A stretch of 63,490 bases of DNA, the filler included, from Saprolegnia diclina VS20 (Eukaryota), in the NCBI RefSeq assembly GCF_000281045.1. It is 5 parts of 3 records of this genome, joined end to end, with 100 filler letters (N's around TTAATTAATTAA, not from the genome) between each part and the next. Parts side by side here need not be neighbours in the genome. Positions count along the whole stretch, not along the records: positions 42,196 to 61,907 come from NW_008246096.1; positions 62,008 to 63,490 come from NW_008246097.1; 3 more parts are not named here. One strand, given 5' to 3'. The notes below the pieces were generated by a model, which was not told the origin of the DNA, searched no databases, and saw nothing but the letters and a program-made list of their open reading frames with translations. A program made the translations under genes and the position numbers. Positions within the stretch are counted from its first letter, which is position 1. The number at the start of each line of letters is the position of its first letter. Shown here piece after piece: positions 57,231 through 63,490 of this stretch.

Positions 57231-59597
57231 TTACGCAGCGACGGAGAGCAGTGCCGGTCGATACTGCAGCGACGTCGGGCTTCGCACAAGGACGAGACCC
57301 AGTGGCGCGTTGGCGACGCGCGGCAAAAACACATCTTGGAGAGCTTCGCAGTGGCAAAAGCCAGTGCCCAGGATCGGGCTCTTGTTCTTGGTTTCAATCG
57401 CCGACGTCACATAGCCAATGCACGCGCGACCCTACCCCGCACCGATGACTCCAGAGACGTACAATGCGCAGTCTGCGTACCGCTTGGGTTTTGGTCGACT
57501 TTTGCTGCTGCTTGGCCGTTGGCGCCAGGAACCCAGTCCACTTGGGGCTTGCGACAAATGCCGCCACGTCGTCGTCCGTGGGCATGCAAATCTAGTCATG
57601 TAGCATCATTAACATCGAGACATGTCGCATCGTCGGTGTAGACCATACCATCGCATTGACTTCGAGGCGGCCGCGCCGCGGCATCTGCAGCTGAACGCAG
57701 ATAAGCGTCGGCATGGCCATGGGCATGAACACGCGGTCTACAGCAACATGACTATCAAGCAATGATTTGACATGTCGCATCACCTTCCGTCGCAGGATCC
57801 GCTGGCTTGTAAAACGGGAAGGGCGCCATGTACGCCTCGCCACGGAGTACGCAAAAGTCGGGCGACGCGTCTGTGAGCTCAAAAAGCGTCGACCACGACG
57901 GCTGGAAAGGTGACGCGACTTGCAGAGACTCGTACGAAACGCGCTTGGCTTTTGGGCGGCTCGCTACCTTGGCCTCCTCCGAGGCATGCACCGACGCCCA
58001 ATACGCTGCACCCGCACGCGTGTCGGGGTAGTCCCGAGGAAAGCTACACAGCAGTACACTAAGCCCATAACGCTCGTGCACGACGGACCTTAGAAGACCG
58101 TGCCGTGTCCGTAGCGCATCGAGCTCGACCAGGCCAATCTAACCGTTGGTTCCATTAGCCAATATGCAACGAACCGGCAACGACGCACCGCAGAAGCAGT
58201 GGCAAAGACGCCGGCCTTCAGCACACACGGCGCGTACTCGGGCAGCGTGATGAGGTCGTAGCCGTGGGCTTGCCGCACAACGAGAAGCGGCATCGGCGCC
58301 AAAGCCCGGCCTGTCGCGGGCTTGCGGTTCACAATGTGGTCAGGCACGAACGCTCGCCGAAGCTCGAGTCGAGTTTCGTGGCTCCAAAGGCCCGACACGG
58401 GCGCCGACGCGCCAACCTCCGTGGCCACTGCAAGCTTATTGGGCTTCTTTTTCGCGTTTGAACTGTCAGGAAAGACGTCGCCGTACTTGGTGTCTTGGTT
58501 GCCAGCGTTCGCCCAGCGCATAACAGACGCAAAGAGCGTCGAGAGTGCTTCGAGCGACGGCTCGGCCGCCAGCGCCGCGCGGTCCATGGGCGCGGTGATA
58601 TCTTGGCCCGTGATCGGGCACAGCACCTTGGATTTGTCGACGTCCGCCGGCGTCGCAACGAGGCTCGCGCTCGTAGCGACAAGCGGCTGGCGAAGCGGCA
58701 ACTCGCGCGGGTCGCAGGCGCTCCATGTCTGAATCACAGGCGTCGCTTCGTCTTTGGGCCAGAAAAGGGCGGTCGACGTTCCGTGCGGCACAACGAGCTG
58801 CTGCATGATGCGGCCAGCGTGCTTGCCCCGAACCTCGAACCGAGACAGCATGCGTCGGCGATCGTGGATGCTTAGCCTACACGCGGCATGAGCAGACACC
58901 AGCAGATACTGGGTTCGTACCCGTCGGGTGCGGCTTCGCGAAACGCGTGGAGCACTTCGTCCACGATACTCGGGTGCACCCACACCCAGCAGATCCGCGA
59001 CGTGTCGTCTGCTTGAGGCTGAAGCATGAGCTGGACAGGCCCGATGGCTTGAAGCGGAAAGCACGACGGATGGTAGAGCACGACGCTGCCTTCGATCGCG
59101 CCGGCCAGCACCTCGGGCAAAAGGTCGCCATCCATGCACATGGTGATAGCCTCCTCAATCGCATCGAGTGACCCTTGGAGCTCGATGACTGCAGTGTACG
59201 AGACGTCGGCAATTGTTGCCGGAGCGTCCAGCGCCGCCGAGATGCTTCGGTCCAGTCGGTGCACGGGCACGAGGAGGCCATACCGATGCTCCATGACGAA
59301 GCGCTTGACGAGCCAGCGGTGCGTCGGGAGGTAGTTCGTCTTGGCCTTGAGCAGCAGTCGGCGCCGATGCTTTCGGCAGCGCTGGACACTCGGGTCCGTT
59401 GTCTGTCGCTTCTTGTTACGCAGCCGCACGGGAAACTTGTGCGAGTTGTAGGCGTTGGTCCGGCGCCGAAGATGAAAGTCTTTGCGGCGCTTGAGGAGCG
59501 TAGCGTGGCCATGCTTCTCGAAGCCACTTGCGCGGTGCAGCTCGCCGAGCTCCGGGGCGCGGGCCGTGGCAAAGCTGAGCACCTCGACGACTTCCAT
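57231..59597 (-). CDS. POP1: RNase P/MRP protein subunit POP1 (multi-exon)
   Basis: FATARAPEL, LRRRTNAYN, LPTHRWLVKRFVM, DVSY, GYDLI and FPRDYPDT. The last exon reads IGYVT...VLVRSPTSLQYRPA...TAA at 57231. Confidence 0.88.
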
Positions 59598-59791
59598 GCG
59601 GATCTTGGTGGTTCAACCGATTCTAGTCGAGGCCATTGGCGGATTTGTATTTTATTTTGTCCAATGAAATGCGCGTCCTTGGAGGGCGTTGGATTGGTCC
59701 ATATTCCATTCAAGGTAGCCTCGGGTTGGTCCAATCTGTCGCGGTAACGACTTACTTTTTGCCAATCAAACGCCACGAAAAACGAGCCGGG
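59598..59791. promoter_or_regulatory. Compact bidirectional promoter with five CCAAT boxes
   Basis: ATTGG at 59635, CCAAT at 59661, ATTGG at 59693, CCAAT at 59731 and CCAAT at 59762, between two divergent ATGs. Confidence 0.65.
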
Positions 59792-60352
59792 ATGGCGCAG
59801 CGGCAACCGACGCGGCCTGCCGGTGGACGCAAGCTAGCGACGTCCATCAAAGCGACGCGGGACCTCCTGGGTATGGAAAAGCTTCCGCGCATTTCCTCGC
59901 CGCGGGAGTCGCCCGGCGACCAGCTTATGGCTAATCCACCGCCCGAAGCCGACGACGGCGACGACGAGGCCCAGCGCGTTCAAGGCTACGACCTCCAATA
60001 CTGCGAGAGCATGCTCGTCGCGATTGAGAAGGAGAGCACGCAAAACAGCCAGCGGTACATGCGCATTTGCAGGCGCTTCCATCTCCATGCGACTAGGTAC
60101 CTCAATATGCTCGAGTTCAAGGAAGGCAAAGATCCCAAGCTCGAGTCGATGCGAGCAAGGTGGCCTCCACCTGCATAGCGCATAGTCTGTACATTATGTC
60201 ATACGTGTAGTTTCAAGTCGCTCACGGACGAGCTACGAGAGCTTGAAGTGCTGTGTGCCAGCGGCTGGGACACAGATGACATTGACGAGGCGCTGCGCCG
60301 CCTGCCACGTGACGTTGTTGCCATAGAAGCCCATCGCTGGGCTTCGTCATGA
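59792..60352 (+). CDS. Small hypothetical protein (candidate introns 60055-60096 and about 60160-60210)
   Basis: MAQRQPTR...YDLQYCESML, then a final exon FKSLTDELRELE...WASS-TGA. Divergent from POP1. Confidence 0.6.
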
Positions 60353-60707
60353 GCCCAACAATTATAGCGAGAAGCAAGTTGCATCATGTTGATTCACAAT
60401 GTCGTACAAGCTACGCCTTCGTCTTGCAACGCCGAGATGCCCATGTTGGGCCATCCCAACGATATGCAAATCATCTAGACGGTCAGGTGGGCTCGTGGTA
60501 TGCTGACGGAGTGCTCCTGCGCTGCTGTGCCCTACTACTGCAGCCTCTCAGACTCTAGGTTTCGGCCAACATCCCATTCTTCGTTGCAGATACCAAGCAA
60601 CAACTACTGCATGGCAACAGTCCAGAATTCGAAGCAAAAATATATGGACTATATGCACTCACAATGTATAGGTTCACTCGACAACAGCATGTGACAAGGC
60701 ACTTCGA

Positions 60708-61907
60708 CTAGTACCCGTAGAGAGCGCGCTTGGAGTTGAAGTACGTCGTGTTGGTGTAGACCATCTTTCGGTAGTCACCGGCGCAGTGCGGGAAGATGAT
60801 CGACGGGTCGGCCTCCGACGGCGCGAAGAGCGCCTTGCCCGTGTTGATCGAGACGTAGATCGCAAGGAAGGTTGAGACGATGACGGCAAAGTAGGCAAAG
60901 ATCTTCTCCGAGAGCGAGATCGTGCCGTTGAACGTCTTGAGGTAGAACACAATCGGGAGGATCATGCAGCACGTGGCGGTCGACGACGCACCGACAAAGT
61001 CAAGGAGGTCGCCGAAATGGTCCTGCCACGCGATCGCAATGGCCGTGCAGATGGCCACAATGAGGATGCGGAGACAGGCGGCCTTGGTGTAGTTGCCGGG
61101 AATCTTGTACGACGCCGTCATATCCGGGCCCTCGAGCGCCTCGGGCTTCTTGGGTTCTTCCTGGACCGCCTCGACGTCCACATAGGCGCTGTCGGTCTCG
61201 TGCGTAATTTCAAACGAGTGCTTGTGGAAGCCAAAGATGAGACGCTCGGCGATGAAGAAGGCCGGGAACATAATGACAGCGAACGCGATCGTAATGTGAA
61301 GCTGCATGAAGAGGAAGGCGAGGACGACACCGCCGCGGGACGCCGAGAAGCCGAGCTTGGAGCCCGCGACCGCAAAGAGGAGGTTGCCAGGAATCTGGCA
61401 GCCGACGACCGAGACACCCGTGACCGAGACGGCGAGGAAGCAGCACGAAATAAACGTCATCGTCACGAGGATGACACGCGGCATGCGCGTGGGGTCCGAG
61501 TGCTCACGCTGGAGGGCCGGGATGACGATGCCGGCGCCGTAGGCAAGCGCCAAGTTGCCAAACACCGTGGTGACGCTCTTGAACGAAAGGTCCGGCGGCG
61601 GCGTCGAGAGGCCATCGTTTTTCTTGTTCACGTTGTCCACGAGGAGGTAGAGAGCAATGCCGTCGGCGAGAAGCGTGCCGAGGCAGCCGGCGGCGGCGGC
61701 GCCAGCACCTTCCTTGAGCGTCGGGACGAGGCAGATCGGGAGGAGCACGAGGCCCATAAAGACGATCCATGTCGTAGCGTCGTACGTGTCGGGGAACATG
61801 GTCGTGAGGAGCGAGCCGCCAAGCACCAAGAAGACGATCGGGACCATCGTGCACACGAGCATTTGCGAGATGACGACGGCCCAGCGACCAAAGCCGCCCA
61901 TGCACCA
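60708..61907 (-). CDS. Amino acid/auxin permease (AAAP) family transporter, 5' end in gap
   Basis: LVPTLKEG, FGNLALAYGAGIVIPALQREHSDPTRMPR, DLLDFVGAS and many TM segments. Confidence 0.9.
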   Translation of the reverse strand, partial: WCMGGFGRWAVVISQMLVCTMVPIVFLVLGGSLLTTMFPDTYDATTWIVFMGLVLLPICLVPTLKEGAGAAAAGCLGTLLADGIALYLLVDNVNKKNDGLSTPPPDLSFKSVTTVFGNLALAYGAGIVIPALQREHSDPTRMPRVILVTMTFISCCFLAVSVTGVSVVGCQIPGNLLFAVAGSKLGFSASRGGVVLAFLFMQLHITIAFAVIMFPAFFIAERLIFGFHKHSFEITHETDSAYVDVEAVQEEPKKPEALEGPDMTASYKIPGNYTKAACLRILIVAICTAIAIAWQDHFGDLLDFVGASSTATCCMILPIVFYLKTFNGTISLSEKIFAYFAVIVSTFLAIYVSINTGKALFAPSEADPSIIFPHCAGDYRKMVYTNTTYFNSKRALYGY

Positions 61908-62054
61908 NNNNNNNNNNNNNNNNNNNNNNNNNNNNNNNNNNNNNNNNNNNNTTAATTAATTAANNNNNNNNNNNNNNNNNNNNNNNNNNNNNNNNNNNNN
62001 NNNNNNNCAGGTCACAGCCAGCTGGGTCACAGCACGACGCTCGTCCAAGCGCCC

Positions 62055-63479
62055 ATGTACCACGATCTCGCCTACCAACGCGGGCTGCATCATACCCCGC
62101 CGCCGGCACTCGACGGGGTGATTTCTGTACCGGTAGTTGCTCTGGATGACGCTGTGGTGTCCTTACTCATGCCCTCTGATGCGGCCAGTGATCTGCTCAA
62201 CGAGACCCGCGAGCGTGCGGGCGCCAACGTGCCTCCACACCGCGTGTCGATCGATGCCGCTTGGGAGGCGGCAATGGCACGACAGCTGCGGCCGCTCGTC
62301 GCCCACTCGTCTGCCGACGTGACGATTGCGTTGGCACATCTCAACCTTGCAACAGCGTTTGTCGACGGCGTGTATCGGCCTGCAATCCCGCGAGACGGTG
62401 CGTTTGGCGTCCTCCTCGTGCTTCTCCCCTCGGTGTTTGCGCCCAACACAGCGTGGTCGCTCCAAGGTCGCGATCTACACGAGACGTGGGTACCCGCCTC
62501 GACGACCACGCACGTGCCATGGTTCGCCTCCATTGGCTTCAAGCGTCTCTCGGTCGATCGGGTCGCATTCGGGCTGCGCGCTGTCCTCGTCTACCACATG
62601 CTGGCGGCGGTACCGGTACCGGCGCCACCGGCGCCGAAGCCGTTTGCGCTCGTCGCCCCGTTTCCCAAGCACGCCGCGCTCTTTCGGTGCCAAAACCTCG
62701 ACGCTTTGGAGGCGACGCGACTGCGCCGTGACGACGTCCGCGCGCTCATGTCCATCCGCGCCTCGGGCGAGTACTTTGTGGTGCTGGTGCACGTCGTTCT
62801 CGATGCGGATGCAAGTCGCATCGTCGAGGCACGTCGTTTCGATCCGCGTTGCACCATACCGCAGCGCTTTTTGGACCGGCTCGCGGGCCAGACCATCGAC
62901 GCGTGGTTTGCGCTAAACCCAAATGCACCGAGAACCGCGTTCCAAGCGCTCGTGTGGCCGGCCACGCGCAGCGTCGTGCTTCTCGGATGCGACGCGGCGC
63001 TGCGCGGGCTCGAGGCCCATGGCGAGGACCAAGATGTTTTGCTCTACTTTTACCCGACGCCGTGGCGCTCGACGACAAAGAAGCAGAAGACGACTGCGTC
63101 GTTGCACCGCCCCGCGCTCGCCATTGTCACGTGCTTTCCCCACACGGACGCGCGGCTAGTCGCACGCTTGCTGCGCGTCGTCGCCCAGCTGGATACCCCG
63201 CGGCTCTTTGCCACGCTCTTGCGTGACCACATTGCAGTGTTGGACGCTAACGCGCTATCGTATGCAGTTCAGACCTTGGGTCCAGTCAACGCGCTCCCGG
63301 GGGTCATGGCACTCGTCCTCCGTGCGACCAGATCGGTCCCGAGCCTCTTGGCCGGTGTCGTCGCATGGACGTCGCAGCTTCAAGACGAGTACTTGGCCAC
63401 GCCACTGACGACGCTGCCTTGTACGATGTGCGCGACAACGTGGTCGCCTTTCCGCCCGCCGTGGCCATCCCGCTACTGA
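62055..63479 (+). CDS. Hypothetical protein with degenerate 2OG-Fe(II) oxygenase-like segment
   Basis: 474-aa ORF containing FGVLLVLLPS...WFAS...V-x2-V-x2-G-x-R-x-VLVY. Start and end are uncertain because it lies near the contig start and the window end. Confidence 0.55.
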   Translation: MYHDLAYQRGLHHTPPPALDGVISVPVVALDDAVVSLLMPSDAASDLLNETRERAGANVPPHRVSIDAAWEAAMARQLRPLVAHSSADVTIALAHLNLATAFVDGVYRPAIPRDGAFGVLLVLLPSVFAPNTAWSLQGRDLHETWVPASTTTHVPWFASIGFKRLSVDRVAFGLRAVLVYHMLAAVPVPAPPAPKPFALVAPFPKHAALFRCQNLDALEATRLRRDDVRALMSIRASGEYFVVLVHVVLDADASRIVEARRFDPRCTIPQRFLDRLAGQTIDAWFALNPNAPRTAFQALVWPATRSVVLLGCDAALRGLEAHGEDQDVLLYFYPTPWRSTTKKQKTTASLHRPALAIVTCFPHTDARLVARLLRVVAQLDTPRLFATLLRDHIAVLDANALSYAVQTLGPVNALPGVMALVLRATRSVPSLLAGVVAWTSQLQDEYLATPLTTLPCTMCATTWSPFRPPWPSRY

Positions 63480-63490
63480 CGGCCGCCATG

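Overview
This is gene-dense eukaryotic DNA with high GC3 and very short (about 42-55 nt) GT-AG introns. An elicitin-like gene, oomycete Inr/FPR and CCAAT promoter motifs and lineage-typical gene families point to an oomycete, most likely Saprolegniales (inference). The window is five contigs joined by artificial 44N-TTAATTAATTAA-44N linkers, plus two plain N gaps. Recognisable genes are: NAPE-PLD (3' end), RNA Pol III largest subunit, a core-1 beta-1,3-galactosyltransferase-like GT31, Sec23, a GPI-type elicitin-like protein, an AGC kinase, a NIF/SCP-type phosphatase, three MFS transporter paralogues, an RPA-like OB-fold fragment, two Cys/His 'HGGG' zinc-finger genes, three GAPDH copies, a 1760-aa internally duplicated membrane protein, an ankyrin protein, long-form RNase Z, two LtrA-family genes, TFIIIC subunit Tfc4, NADPH-cytochrome P450 reductase, POP1 and an amino-acid permease. 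The most notable observations are: (i) a 438-bp non-coding foldback with 176-bp arms and nested palindromes; (ii) inverted paralogue pairs whose near-identity begins at the predicted transcription start, together with clean intron absence, suggesting RNA-templated conversion; (iii) four Pol III/tRNA-biogenesis genes within about 59 kb; (iv) a 44-bp promoter module conserved between otherwise diverged promoters. No tRNA, rRNA or CRISPR array was recognised. All exon boundaries were read by eye and are approximate.
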